From Octopus bimaculoides (Eukaryota): a stretch of 64,000 bases of DNA. The stretch is from NCBI RefSeq assembly GCF_001194135.2, contig NC_068983.1, forward strand, positions 38,453,202 to 38,517,201, given 5' to 3'. Positions 51,464 to 63,850 of the stretch are shown piece after piece; the stretch's first letter is position 1, and every line of letters begins with the position of its first letter. Under the pieces are notes generated by a model. It did no database searches, was not told the DNA's origin, and worked only from the letters and a program-made list of their open reading frames with translations. A program made the translations under genes and the position numbers.

Positions 51464-51467
<4 letters not shown>
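51245..51467. mobile_element. mariner-derived MITE
   Basis: Left gggggtgctgaaaagttcctggcttt and right aaagccaaggacttttcagtacccca are inverted; TA-flanked. Confidence 0.8.
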
Positions 51468-51502
<35 letters not shown>

Positions 51503-52279
51503 CTGTGAGTGAGTGTGGGAGTGTAGGTGTATGTGTGTATATGTGTTTATTTGTTTATAGTTTCGGCTTAGAGCTGCGGCCATGCTGATGCACAGCCATG
51601 GTGTGTGTGTATATGTGTGCGTGTGTATATGTGNNNNNNNNNNNNNNNNNNNNNNNNNNNNNNNNNNNNNNNNNNNNNNNNNNNNNNNNNNNNNNNNNNN
51701 NNNNNNNNNNNNNNNNNNNNNNNNNNNNNNNNNNNNNNNNNNNNNNNNNNNNNNNNNNNNNNNNNNNNNNNNNNNNNNNNNNNNNNNNNNNNNNNNNNNN
51801 NNNNNNNNNNNNNNNNNNNNNNNNNNNNNNNNNNNNNNNNNNNNNNNNNNNNNNNNNNNNNNNNNNNNNNNNNNNNNNNNNNNNNNNNNNNNNNNNNNNN
51901 NNNNNNNNNNNNNNNNNNNNNNNNNNNNNNNNNNNNNNNNNNNNNNNNNNNNNNNNNNNNNNNNNNNNNNNNNNNNNNNNNNNNNNNNNNNNNNNNNNNN
52001 NNNNNNNNNNNNNNNNNNNNNNNNNNNNNNNNNNNNNNNNNNNNNNNNNNNNNNNNNNNNNNNNNNNNNNNNNNNNNNNNNNNNNNNNNNNNNNNNNNNN
52101 NNNNNNNNNNNNNNNNNNNNNNNNNNNNNNNNNNNNNNNNNNNNNNNNNNNNNNNNNNNNNNNNNNNNNNNNNNNNNNNNNNNNNNNNNNNNNNNNNNNN
52201 NNNNNNNNNNNNNNNNNNNNNNNNNNNNNNNNNNNNNNNNNNNNNNNNNNNNNNNNNNNNNNNNNNNNNNNTAATTATT

Positions 52280-52329
<50 letters not shown>

Positions 52330-52492
52330 ATATATACAATATGTTTAATATATATAATATATATACATATAGATATATCATAAAGGAGGAGGAGTAAGAA
52401 ATGCAAAAAGAGCAGATTGCCAAAAAGAAATAAATGAGTTGTCAACATTAATTATAAATTGCTGCCCACACAAAGCACCTTCTTCTTCTTAC

Positions 52493-52635
52493 CTTGGGGG
52501 TAGAATCGAATTGAGAACTTCGTCTGTCTGCTGAGCTACCTTACTCTCAGCTATGGGCAATTTCTGTTTCGGGGGTGGACTTGGAACTGGTCCAGCACAT
52601 ATTGGCGGTGATGTAGCTGTTCTCAGGTTACGTGC
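52493..52635 (-). CDS. DNALI1: DNALI1 internal exon (equivalent to vertebrate exon 2), 143 nt
   Basis: Acceptor ttcttatttccatag; translation ARNLRTATSPPICAGPVPSPPPKQKLPIAESKVAQQTDEVLNSILPP+AG; donor gtaaga. Matches the remembered human ...QAEEILNAILPPR, and the phase-2 end joins the next exon to make AGA (R). Confidence 0.92.
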
Positions 52636-52844
52636 CTATGGAAATAAGAATCATGACCCCTGTTTGAGACTCAGTCCAAATAGCCATCTAAGTGTATGTG
52701 CTATATATATATATATATATATACATATACACACACACACACATACATTTATAATAATAAATACCAAAATGAATTTCTGTGTCAGTGTGTCACACTTTGA
52801 TCCTCTCTCTCACTATTCAATGACACTTCTACTATTCCTCATGT

Positions 52845-53165
52845 TAGAGTGAGAGTAATAGTAGGCATAGAGATGGTGAGGGTGGTAGTAGATTGACAAT
52901 TGTGATGGTAATAGGGTGATAGTAGTAGTATGGGCTGTAATTGTGATAGAGGCAGAGCCAATGGTGATGATGGTAGTGGTGGTAGCCAAGGCAGTCAGGG
53001 ATGATGGTGATGGTAAGCGATGTGAAAGACAGTGGTGAGGGTGGTGAAGGGTAAGGTGGCAAAGTCAAAGGTATTGATGGTGGTGGCATCAGAAGTCTGA
53101 ATGGTATGTGTATGGCAGTTGTGGTGGTGATGGTGGTGGTACTGGTGATGGTGATGGTTGAATAC
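52845..53165. repeat. Degenerate (GGT/GAT/AGT)n low-complexity tract
   Basis: Directly visible. Confidence 0.85.
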
Positions 53166-53448
53166 AATCAACAGAAAAAGAGAGAGAGAGAAAGAAAGAG
53201 GTTACATAGAAAAAAGAAATTGTACTGACCCCTGAATGGGGAGAAGTTTATCATACAGCTTTGCAATAAGTTCCAAGTCGACAAATTATATCATTGCTTT
53301 GATGAAAATTGTTCATTGCTTGAAAAATATTGGTCAAGTCTAATAAAATTTAATATGTATTCAATGTATGAAGTGTCATTATGGGGCTTAAGGCCCAATG
53401 AAGAGCCCTCCACAGGAGCTAGCTTAAAAGCTAGTATATATATATATG

Positions 53449-53484
<36 letters not shown>

Positions 53485-53485
<1 letters not shown>

Positions 53486-53690
53486 TCTTTTATTCTTTTA
53501 CTTGTTTCAGTCATTTGATTGTGACCATGCTGGAGCACTACCTTTAGTTGTACAAATCAACCCCAGGACTTATTCTTTGTAAGCCTAGTACTTATTCAAT
53601 CAGTTTCTTTTGCCGAACTGCTAAATTATGGGTATGTAAACACACCAACATCACTTGTCAAGCGATGGTGAGAGTCAAACACAGACACAA

Positions 53691-53723
<33 letters not shown>

Positions 53724-53807
53724 GATAGATAGATATAGATATATATATATTTATATAGATATATATATATATATATTTATATAGATATAGATATATATAT
53801 ATTTATA

Positions 53808-53846
<39 letters not shown>

Positions 53847-53880
53847 GACAGGCTTCTTTCATTTTCCACCTACCAAATCC
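53485..53880 (-). mobile_element. SINE family B with expanded (TA)/(TAGA) core
   Basis: Tail and internal microsatellite; head truncated at about 53880. Confidence 0.85.
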
Positions 53881-54659
53881 ATCTGGGCTCTAGGGGTTTG
53901 TTGGAACTGAAGGAAAGGAGTTAGCTCTGGACTTGTGTAGTTCACGTTTTCTTTGTGTCCCTGTAATCCTATCCAGTTCATAGGAGGTGGAACCTCTGTT
54001 GGTACAGCTTCACCAGGGAGGGCAGCCTTGTACTTGCATTTCCTAGGGTATCAAGATTGATCCCAAAGTACTTCAGTGAGGCTTTAACACTCATATAATA
54101 GAAATAGTAAGGATAAGGATTAAGTACTTTCCAATATTTAGTTCCATTTATCTCTATACCAGACATATCCTAGGGTCAACTGAATCAACCCTACTCTTTT
54201 ACTATGACACTTGTTTTAGCATCACAATTTGAAATTCACTCTATTCGAAGTATTGGGACCAAACACTCTGTCCCCTCCTGCAGACATCAACACACAGAAT
54301 ATTCAAGTTGGTCATTAATCACATCAGTCACATTCATCTGGGAGACCCTTCATCGTTCACTGCAACTAATTCTCTGTTGTATAACGTATTTAAGAAATTA
54401 TTGTTTGGCAGGAATACAAGAAATCAATATTTAGTTGTAAAGATATTCAGTAAGAAGGAAAAAAAAACTAGAGATTACTGCTCTATATCATTTGAAATAT
54501 TTTAGTCTTTATCCCTTTACATTTTGTATTCAGACCCACCAGAGACGACACTGAATCTCATCTGTTTGTGATCAATAAAATAGGTGCCAGGAATATATTT
54601 TCTTTCAATCAATTAAATCCCAAAGTGCAAAGTTAAACTGGCTTTCTGCCTTGTTTAAA

Positions 54660-55255
54660 TGCAGGTATTTCTGTATGGTTAAGAAGCTTGCTTTGCAACC
54701 ATGAGGTTTTGAGTTCAGTCCCATTACACACCACATTGGGCAAAAGTATTTTACTATAAACTCCAGGTTGACTAATGCCTTGTCAGTGAATTTGGTTGAT
54801 GGAAATTGTCAGGAAGTCAGTAGTATATATACACATACATATGTACATACATACAGACATACATACATACATACATGCGTATGTACATACATGTGTGTAT
54901 GTGCTTGTCCCCTCAACCACTTGAAAATTGGTGTTTGTTTGTTTATGTCCCCATAGCTTAATGGTTAGCTTAAGAGACTGATAGGATAGGTTTCAGACTT
55001 TAAAATCCAAATACTGGGGTTGATTTGTTTGATTGAACTCTTTAAGGTGCTGCAGCATGGCCACAGTCCAGTATCTGAAACAAGTAAAAGATAAAAGTAA
55101 TAGGTGATAGATTTTTATCGAGTCATTTATTTTTCCTCTCCATACAGGTGCAGGAGTGGCTGCATGGTAAGTAGCTTGCTTACCAACCACATGGTTCCAG
55201 GTTCAGTCCCACTGCGAGGCACCTTGGGCAAGTATCTTCTACTATAGCCTCGTGC
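54660..55255 (+). mobile_element. Two SINE family B copies (full 54660-55100; 5' half 55150-55255)
   Basis: Head, CORE-like box and tail motifs; CpG-depleted. Confidence 0.85.
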
Positions 55256-55991
55256 CAATTCACGAAAACTCTCAGACTTTGAGTCATTCTGTTACTTCTG
55301 ATAAATATTAATCATCATCAGCATCATCATCATTTAATGTCCGTTATCCATGCTGGCATGGGTTAGACGGCTTGATCAGGGCTGGTACGCTGGGAGGCTA
55401 CACCAGACCCCAGTCTGATTTGGCATGCTTTCTATGGCTGGATGCCCTTCCTAATGCCATTTTATCAAGATATCCCTGGCCTGAAGAGTAGCCTGCAATA
55501 TACACCTCGCTTATATATTTACTATTTCCAAGGTTCCCATTTGCTATGAAACAGATGTAGCCTGGATCTTATCTATTCCATTCCTTAACTCTTGTATTCT
55601 TATTCACATACCCAGCAACCCTAGTCACCTACCGTGAAATATAAAAAACGTTTTCAGTTTATTGTACTTCGATACCAAAAAAAATCCATAACCTTCCATC
55701 TCAATAAATCACCATTGTCCTTGAAAGTTGTTTTTCTATATTTACTATGGATGCTTGAAGCTAACTTTCTTCCTACACTTTGATCTTTGGATTTTATTAT
55801 ACATACATACATATACATACATACATATACATATACATATATNNNNNNNNNNNNNNNNNNNNNNNNNNNNNNNNNNNNNNNNNNNNNNNNNNNNNNNNNN
55901 NNNNNNNNNNNNNNNNNNNNNNNNNNNNNNNNNNNNNNNNNNNNNNNNNNNNNNNNNNNNNNNNNNNNNNNNNNNNNNNNNNNNNNNNNNN

Positions 55992-56264
55992 TATAAAAGA
56001 TAATAAGAGTGAAAAAACTACAGAAGGCTTGTGTTACATGGTTAAAGTATATATTTAAATTATGTCAGAAAAATGTTATAAAATTTTTTGGGTATATAAA
56101 CATTGTATTTGGAGAAATAACCGGTTTCGTGTTGTCTTTTCAAATTTCTCTACTTCATTGTAACATGTGTTCGCTCCAATCTGAAAAGAAGAGTCTCTTA
56201 AATATATACTTTAACCATGTAACACAAGCCTTCTGTAGTTTTTTCACTCTTATTATCTTTTATA
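55992..56264. repeat. Perfect 67-bp inverted repeat (55992-56058 / 56198-56264) enclosing a hammerhead skeleton
   Basis: Arms checked base by base; the left arm abuts an N gap. Confidence 0.9.
56112..56150 (-). ncRNA. Decayed minimal type-I hammerhead skeleton
   Basis: GAGAAAT-TTGAAAA-GACAACAC-GAAAC-CG-GTT-ATTTCTC: perfect 7-bp stem I and intact GAAAC..GTT; core TTGAAAA is two changes from CTGAAGA. Confidence 0.45.
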
Positions 56265-56300
56265 CATCCAACCACGTGCTTTCACATACCAACTTTCTCA

Positions 56301-56335
<35 letters not shown>

Positions 56336-56769
56336 TGTGTGTGTGTGCATGTGTGTGTGTGTGTGTGTGTGTGTGTACACCTAGCTAGACAGATGAAAAG
56401 AAACTCTAAAGATAGAAGATGGTTGTCCACCAGATGTGGATGTAATTGAAATAGAAAGTGAGATGTGCTTAACAAGTGCTATTTTTCAAGATGACACCAA
56501 AAGAAGCTGCAGGAATACAAAGGAACCCAAAATTCTTGGCTTTCTTGCTCAACGTGAGGAAATCATTTTCCCTTAGTTAGCAGCTACTTAAGTTACAACC
56601 ATGAGAGGGGTTAAGATGGGGGTCAAGAACAAAGACATTTATTTATAGAATATGTTTCTATATTAAGAAACATAACATGCTGTATATAAATGAGTGTTTG
56701 AGTGAGCACGTGTGTGTGTGTGTGCATACATAATACACACACTCGCACACACACAAACACAAAATGTTT

Positions 56770-56820
<51 letters not shown>

Positions 56821-57422
56821 CATACATATGTATGTACATGTGTGTACATATGTGTGGACATCTAAATTTAGGTTTTAATCTTGGAGTTTGTTTTATCACT
56901 CCATTAAGACTGTCTACAGGTATTGGCTATCAGAAACAATTACAAAACAGAAATGGATATACACATACATCTCCACACATATCTACAGTTACACCCTAAT
57001 AATCATATACATACACTCACATATTCACACATCCATAAGTACACGTACAGATATAGATATATCTCCATGTATAGTATCCGCATATATGCAAGTACGTCCA
57101 TCCATGTATACACACATACAATACACCTTACAAGTGTATATCTTGTTTTTGAGTACATAACAGTTATATTTAATATACTATTCTCAATAGATTGAGTTAC
57201 ATATATCTAGAAAATTTAAAAAAAGTTTTTTAGTGATTGGGGAAATTTCAAGTCTACCTACTTGTGTAAATTATAAATGGGGTCAGAATCTAGCTAGGCG
57301 AAAGTAAACCCAATAAGTAAGTAATTGGGGGTAATCCCAGGAGTTGTTAATTCAATGCCTGAACAGTGGCAGGAGGGAACAGATGAGGGAATTTCCAATG
57401 AGAGATCATGAAGATCTTCTCT

Positions 57423-57478
57423 CATTTAGTATTTAACATCATTTGGTATTTAACATCATTTAGTATTTAACATCATTT
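57423..57478. repeat. 17-bp tandem repeat x3 (CATTTAGTATTTAACAT)
   Basis: Directly visible. Confidence 0.9.
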
Positions 57479-57821
57479 TGCAATATTAAATGCAATTAGA
57501 TTCATGAGTTGATTCCGTGTAATTCTAGAACTTATTTGCATCACTAGGTGTACAGCCAGCATTCTTTTGCAAGTGAGTATGGCTTGAAAATATGTGCCAT
57601 GCTTACACAAACGGTTTTAGGTGTCTGTGTAATTTCAAGCATGACATAAACACCTTCTCAGCCTCCTCGGCATCTACCTTATGGGACATTTAAGACATGG
57701 CAGGTGGAAGCGGGAAGAGCTGCTCCAGCATCCTGACTGGTATTTATTACGACTGAATAGGTTTGAAATCAAGTACCTTGTTGTTTGATAACACAATGCA
57801 CCGATGACTACAGGCCTAACA

Positions 57822-58298
57822 GGATCTGTTCAGTTTGGTGCACAGGTTTTTAAATAAATTTCTTTTAACTAAACAGTTTGAAATTTCATATACTGGTGGA
57901 ATGTCTCATGCAGAATACGATTTACTTTGTATATTTTTGACAAAGACGCAAGACCCAAAAGGAAAAAACAGGCATGTAATATGCAGCACGGGCAGTAAAC
58001 AAAAAGTAAAATAGAACAGAGTAGTGACATTTAGTATATAGACGACCTGGAAGTCGTTCCTCTTTGATTACTATCGCAAACAGCAGTAGCTTTCTTCAAC
58101 TGAATACATATCGTTGATTGGTTGAAATTACCCAAATACAACAAGAAAGAACTTCTCAAAATATCAAATTTTGTCAAAAATGTTCAAAGTAAACTGTGTT
58201 CTGTGTGAGACATTCAACCAGTATATGAAGTTTCAAACTGTTTAGTTAGAAAAAAATTCAAAAAAATGAAAAATTTGTGTGCCAAACTGAATAAATCC
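57822..58298. mobile_element. MITE with imperfect TIRs of about 130 bp
   Basis: ggatctgttcagtttggtgcaca...aactaaacagtttgaaatttcatatactgg mirrored by ccagtatatgaagtttcaaactgtttagtt...tgtgccaaactgaataaatcc. Confidence 0.85.
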
Positions 58299-58309
58299 GC
58301 AACAATTTA

Positions 58310-58700
58310 ACCACTAAACCACACTGCTAGGAGAGGATAAGAGATTATATCGACTCTTTTACTGTATTTGAATGTCTTATATTTAGTCTTGTGAGCAGTA
58401 GTGTAAATCACACCAACTACTTGAGCAAAGCAAGTAACATTTATTTGTTTAGGTGTTAACTGTAGTCTGCTTGGATTAAGCAAGTCTGACATATTGATTA
58501 ACACTCTGAGTAAATTTCTTCAAAATGCGTTTCAATATCAATATAACAGAAGAGAGTAGTTGATTCAAAAGCAACAGGGATAGTTGCAAATGTGTGGTTC
58601 TTGTAGTTACATAATTTATTTAGAATTATAAATAGGATTGGCCTAAGTGTTGTATCCTGAGGAATGCAGATCTGCAGATCTGAGGCTAGTTTCAAATACC
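58310..58700 (-). mobile_element. CR1/L2-group RT fragment
   Basis: PQDTTLRPILFII...TTLF...LINMSDLLNPSRLQLTPKQINVTCF resembles PQGSILGPILFII...ADDT.LF...W...NRLQLNP.KT. Confidence 0.65.
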
Positions 58701-58916
58701 ACTTTCTGTGTTAAGCTGAGAAGGGAGCCTCTATGATATCGTTGGCTCTGCTAGAAATAGCTGCGAAATCTCCCTGAAATCACACTCATCCCCACTATTT
58801 TAGAAATGTGAAGGGCACATTAGATAATTTAGGTATAGATATCTCTTAGGAACAGCAAAACAGTGAGGAGGTAAACATATTTTATAAAACAGTGTCAAAT
58901 GTCAACCTGAATCTTA

Positions 58917-59771
58917 TAGGAGGTCTGATCAATAAGTATCCGGACTGTTGCCATAGTAATGAAGCTAAAGCATGCAGAATGAAGCTGGTCAGTACAGATT
59001 GACCTTGAACTCTGTTGTGCATGCACACTAAATTTTTTTCTAGCTCACATCTGCTGTTTACAGCAGTGCTTAGAAGGAACATGTGTAGTGTGTGATAGTC
59101 ACATTGACCATGACAGAGAAAGCTCTCATGGCAATAGCTGCTCAGAGGCCTACACAAAGTTGCAGAAAGTGTATGAAGAGGAGTGTATGAGCCGCACACA
59201 AGTGTATGAGTGGTTCAGACGTTTCCATGATGGCCATAAATATGTCGATATTGACGAACGTTCTGGGAGACCTGCAACCAGCAGAACTGAGAAAAACATG
59301 GCAGATGTGCGTGCAACTGTGAGAGGAAATCGTTGAACCGTCATCTGTGAGTTATCAGAGGATGTACAGATTAGTTACGGTCCAGCTCAGTCGTTATTCC
59401 TGAGGATTTGGGTATGAGACCTGTGTCTGCCAAGTTTGTGCCAAAACTGCTTTCAGCTGACCCAAAAGGTTTCAGCTGCACAAGATCTCCTTCATTGTGT
59501 TAAAAACGATGAAAACTTTTAAAAAACTTTGCACAGGCCTCTGATGCAGATTCTCCACTCAACTTTATCTGTCATGGTCAACGTGACAATCACCTGTTAC
59601 ACACCTTCTTTCCAGGTACTGCTGTAAACAGCAGATGTGAGCTAGAACGTTAAAACTTAGTGTGCATGCACAACAGAGTTTAAGGTCAATCTGTGCCAAG
59701 CAGCTTTACCCTGTGTGCTTTAGTTTCGTTACTATAGCAACAATCTGGATACTTATTGATCAGAGCATGTA
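58917..59771 (+). mobile_element. Internally deleted mariner with long TIRs (about 155 bp) and a transposase helix-turn-helix remnant
   Basis: EAYTKLQKVYEEECMSRTQVYEWFRRFHDG...DERSGRPATSRTEKNMADVRATVRGNR; arms 58917-59072 and 59615-59771 are reverse complements. Confidence 0.9.
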
Positions 59772-61539
59772 TATACCCCAGTATGAAACTCAGTGATCTT
59801 ACACCATCAACAACAACAACAAGAGTAACAGCAGCAGCAACAAAAACAACAACAGGAAGAGCAACAAAGACAAGAAAACAGCACAGGAATAAAAGAGAGA
59901 GGGGGAGAGAGAGAGAAGAAATATAAAAGTTATCAGTGTGTGTGTGTGTGTGTGTGTGTGAGACTCTAAATCAGGATGGAGGAGTGGATGATGGCTTGTA
60001 AAATGAAATTTTGAAGTCACTGTCAAACTTTTCTAAGTCAATGCAAACATGGAAAAGTGGTTGTTAAAATGACGATGAGGATGATGTCAATGTATTGGGG
60101 AGGTGGTGGAGTGGGGTCACTGTTGAATGTGCATCTGCACATGCATGTGCAGGACTTAGTATAATTATTTTTGACAAAAGAATTGTAGTTGGCCATGCAT
60201 GCATGTCTCTTCTTTTTCCACATCACTGATGTTTATCCAAGAGAAAGGTTGAAGGCTTGGACCATTGCAGCTTGGCACCATTGTTATCACCAAGTGCTAC
60301 AAAATGGAAGTGTGGGACGAAGTGGTGAGAAGGGATCTTCAGATGTTGGGCCTCACAGAGTGGATGACAAAAGGACCAGGATTTCTGGCGGTTGGCTGTG
60401 CTTGAGAAGACATGCTAAGTAAATATGTGGTTGTCCTTGCATTCAGGCATGTCCTCTGCATCCCACTTCAGCTGAGCGGTCCTGTTATTGCAGGCTCCTT
60501 CATGGATGTTAGGGCCATGTAAAAATACTCATGCTAGTACTGCATGAAAGCACCCTGTATACACTGCAAAGTGGTTGGAGTCAGGAAGAGCATCCAGCCA
60601 TTGAAACCACACTAAAACAGAGATGGAGACTGGGCAGCTTTTCAGCTCTTCAGCTTCTGTCAAACCCATGCCAACATGGAAAACGATGATGATGATGATG
60701 ACTTTCATTAATAATTATGCATAATATAAAGTGCAACAGTATAATTTAATCATTGCATAAATAATACATATATACTAAATATATCACTGTATCAACCAGA
60801 TTATCAGACGTTGTTATACCTCGCTGGTCACAATGCGCCTCCTTGGTGTGTTGTAGTTTTCGAATGATATCACTCCACTCCGCAGAGAGGCAAGCCGATG
60901 TGTTACATATAAAATATTGTGATTGATGCCAGGACCGCCTGACTGGCTCCCACGCTGGAGGCACATAAAAAGCACCCACTATATTCTCAGAGTGGTTGGC
61001 ATTAGGAGGGGCATCCAACTGTAGAAACACTGCCAGATCAGATTAGAGCCTGGTGCAGCCGCTGACTCTCCAGACCTCAGTCAAACCGTCCAACCCATGC
61101 CAGCATGGAAAGCAGACATTAAACGTAACACATATATAATGCAAAAGCAGTCAATAAAACAGAAATAGAATTTAAAAGTTATTCTTTTTGTGTTGGGCGG
61201 TAGTTGGATGCCCCTGCTTCGCAATAGGTGTTCAAATCCTGACCAGATTGATTTTTGCCTTTCATCTCACCTGGCGTTGATAAAAGCATTGCTCAGAGCA
61301 GTGGGATTAATATGACCAACTATTTCCTTCGCACAAAAGTGTGCCACTGCTGGAGATCAATATCAAATGTAGGGACTCTAACAACAGAGTTAAACGAGTT
61401 GTTTGTTCTAAGAACAAAGGCGAAATATCGATAATCACAACTAAACAGATGTCATTGAATTAGAGACGGAGCTGGAGACCACCAAGAAGTTACCTCCCTT
61501 TTATTTATTTCTTTTTCTTCTTTTTGTAATTTTCTTAAT

Positions 61540-61860
61540 TAATCTTTTACTTGTTTCAGTCATTGGATCACGGCCATATTTCAGTCATTGAATCGCGGTA
61601 TCACCTTATTGGTTTGCACAAACAAATCCTCCCCAGAACTTATTTATATTCTATAGTTATTTTATCGGTCTTTTTTGTCGAACGGCTAGAATATATAGTG
61701 ACGGGCCGAATGGTTAAGAGGTTTATTTTGTTACTGCGAGGTCCTGGATTTTGATCCAAATGCGTGACACCTTCAGTAAATGTCTTCTACTATTGCCTCG
61801 GGCCAACCAAAGCGTTGTGAGTGGATTTGGTAAACAGAAACTGAAAGATGCTCGTCGTAA
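61540..61860. mobile_element. SINE family B halves (3' half minus, 5' half plus), CpG-retaining
   Basis: Tail reverse complement at 61540-61700; head at 61700-61860. Confidence 0.7.
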
Positions 61861-62185
61861 AGAATCTATTCGCTTCCGTTTCAGTCTTCACAGGGCCTCC
61901 ACCCGCAGCGAAGAAACTCAGAGTTAATCCTTTATGCTACCATATTTCTGCTGAAATACATTCTTTGTTTCAATTAATTGTAAGAGTAGGTGTTTGGAAT
62001 GTAAATAAACACAAAATTTTGATACAATGCTTTAATTTTAAACACTTTAAAACAAAATGCCTTGTATCTTAGAAGCAGGGATGGTCTCGGTGAGTTAAAC
62101 ATTGAAGTTCGGAATCAGAGGTTCAGAGACTATTGATACAAGGGAAATAACTCTGATTCAACAACTTTCTGATTACTCACACGCG

Positions 62186-62231
<46 letters not shown>

Positions 62232-62243
62232 NNNNNNNNNNCG

Positions 62244-62290
<47 letters not shown>

Positions 62291-62779
62291 CGTCTAATTA
62301 TAGCAATCACTTATAAACTATATATAGTGTGTGTAATACTGTTGCTGAGAAAATTTAACACCACGCAATCAATGATATAACACTATTAACACAATCGATT
62401 ATAGATGACATCGAACTGATGGAATTTGATTTCATCCTCATTCTCGCTATTTAACACTTTATGGCAGATCAGGAAAATGACTACACATACACACAATTCT
62501 AGGACAAGAACGAGGTTGATAGTGACTTCGAAGCTTCGAACAGTTCTGACGAAGACAACAGCTCCGAAACTTCTAGTGACGATTGTTATTGAGAGTAGCT
62601 TAGATGTTAGATCGAAACCCTGTGGCTATATTTATAATTTCCTATGCTGAGTTCAATCTGTCATTTACACTATTGGTTCCCAAACGTTTTCGGGTTGCCG
62701 CCCCCTTGACACCCGGGCCACATTCCAAGCACCCCCACCCCACTAACAATTACAAACATAGACCTCTTTTTGAAGCAAA

Positions 62780-63120
62780 TTCAAGAGATAAGTTGTAAAA
62801 GAAGCAGTTTACTTTTTATATGGCGTAAAGACGGGCAATCGCCGCCAGAAAGTGAGCAAATGTCTTCTTTTTCAGTGGAATTACGCATGGGAAACTCATG
62901 CATACATGAAACAAACAATTCGTCCGATGTCCCAAACTGTCGTCTCAACTTCCGTTTCATCGGCATCCACATATTTTCCACATTTTGTGTGCAGACCTCT
63001 TGATCACAAGGATCAACAAAATGTTGTTGCTGTATAATCAGCTTGTGCGTGTAGGCACCGCCATTGACCATACTTGACGTTATTATATGCTCGCAATCCA
63101 TCGCTGACTATGTGAGACCC
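62780..63120 (-). mobile_element. Merlin/IS1595 (ISXO2-like) transposase C-terminal fragment
   Basis: YTHKLI.QQQHFVDP...CTQNVENMWMPMKRKLRRQFGTSDELFVSCMHEF matches Y.H..VNHS..FVDP..G.HTQ.IE..W...K..L...G....L..YL.EF.WR. Confidence 0.8.
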
Positions 63121-63439
63121 AGGCAAAAATCCACCTTTGTATCATCAGCTCAGTTAAAGTTTCTTCTTTATTTTATTTAATCAAAATCCACATGAGAGAG
63201 AAAGAGAAAGAGGGGGAGTGAGTGAGAATGAAAGAGAACGAAAGAGAGAGGGAGATATAATTATCTAAAGTCGACCGCTGACGGAGGATATATTTTTACC
63301 CCTGCTTTTAAATTATCAGTTTTATCAATATATTATTACTTATCTCCCCCTTGATTTTTATTTACTTTTTCTATATCACTAAACCGAATAACTGAACCGT
63401 ATTTCACAAATAAAATTTAACCTAATGAACCCATTATTT

Positions 63440-63690
63440 TGTTGATTTTACATGAACCTCTACCCCATTAACGCCCCACTTTTTTTCAACGCCCCCTTGG
63501 AACAATACTGCACACTTTGGAAACCATTGATTTACACCATTGGTTCTCAACTGGGATCCATATAAATTGGAGGCGGCGGTAGGTGGGAGGACACCCAAGT
63601 AAAACAGTAAATTAGGGACCCACAGCAGCATTTTATGAAAAATTTTTTGCTTTAGATGTATTTTTTGCAAGAAACAGTTAGAGTTCTTTC
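63440..63690. mobile_element. hAT-type MITE ends
   Basis: tggaaaccattg and cattggttctcaac resemble cagtggttcycaa termini; similar ends at about 62665 and 43510. Confidence 0.45.
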
Positions 63691-63691
63691 T

Positions 63692-63850
63692 GAGTGGCTG
63701 TGTAGTAAGTAGCTTGCTTACCAACCACACGGTTCTGGGTTCAGTCCCACTGCGTGGCACCTTGGGCAAATGTCTTCTACTATAGCCTCGGGCCGACCAA
63801 AGCCTTGTGAGTGGATTTTGGTAGACGGAAACTGAAAGAAGCCTGTCGTA
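63692..63850 (+). mobile_element. SINE family B 5' half
   Basis: gagtggctgtgtagtaagtagcttgc...gaaagaagcctgtcgtata. Confidence 0.9.

Noticed and set aside
53880-54170. KYFGINLD peptide as an RT fragment
   Set aside because: Too short and degenerate to assign; possibly a LINE relic but not supportable.
56400-56576. About 59-codon plus-strand open frame (KETLKIEDGCPPDVDVIEIESEMCL...)
   Set aside because: No good acceptor, no start codon and no recognisable family.
56870-56935. PIPVDSL...KQTPR as DNALI1 exon 1
   Set aside because: Only superficial resemblance; lacks ATG, KYD.PVLVS and a donor site.
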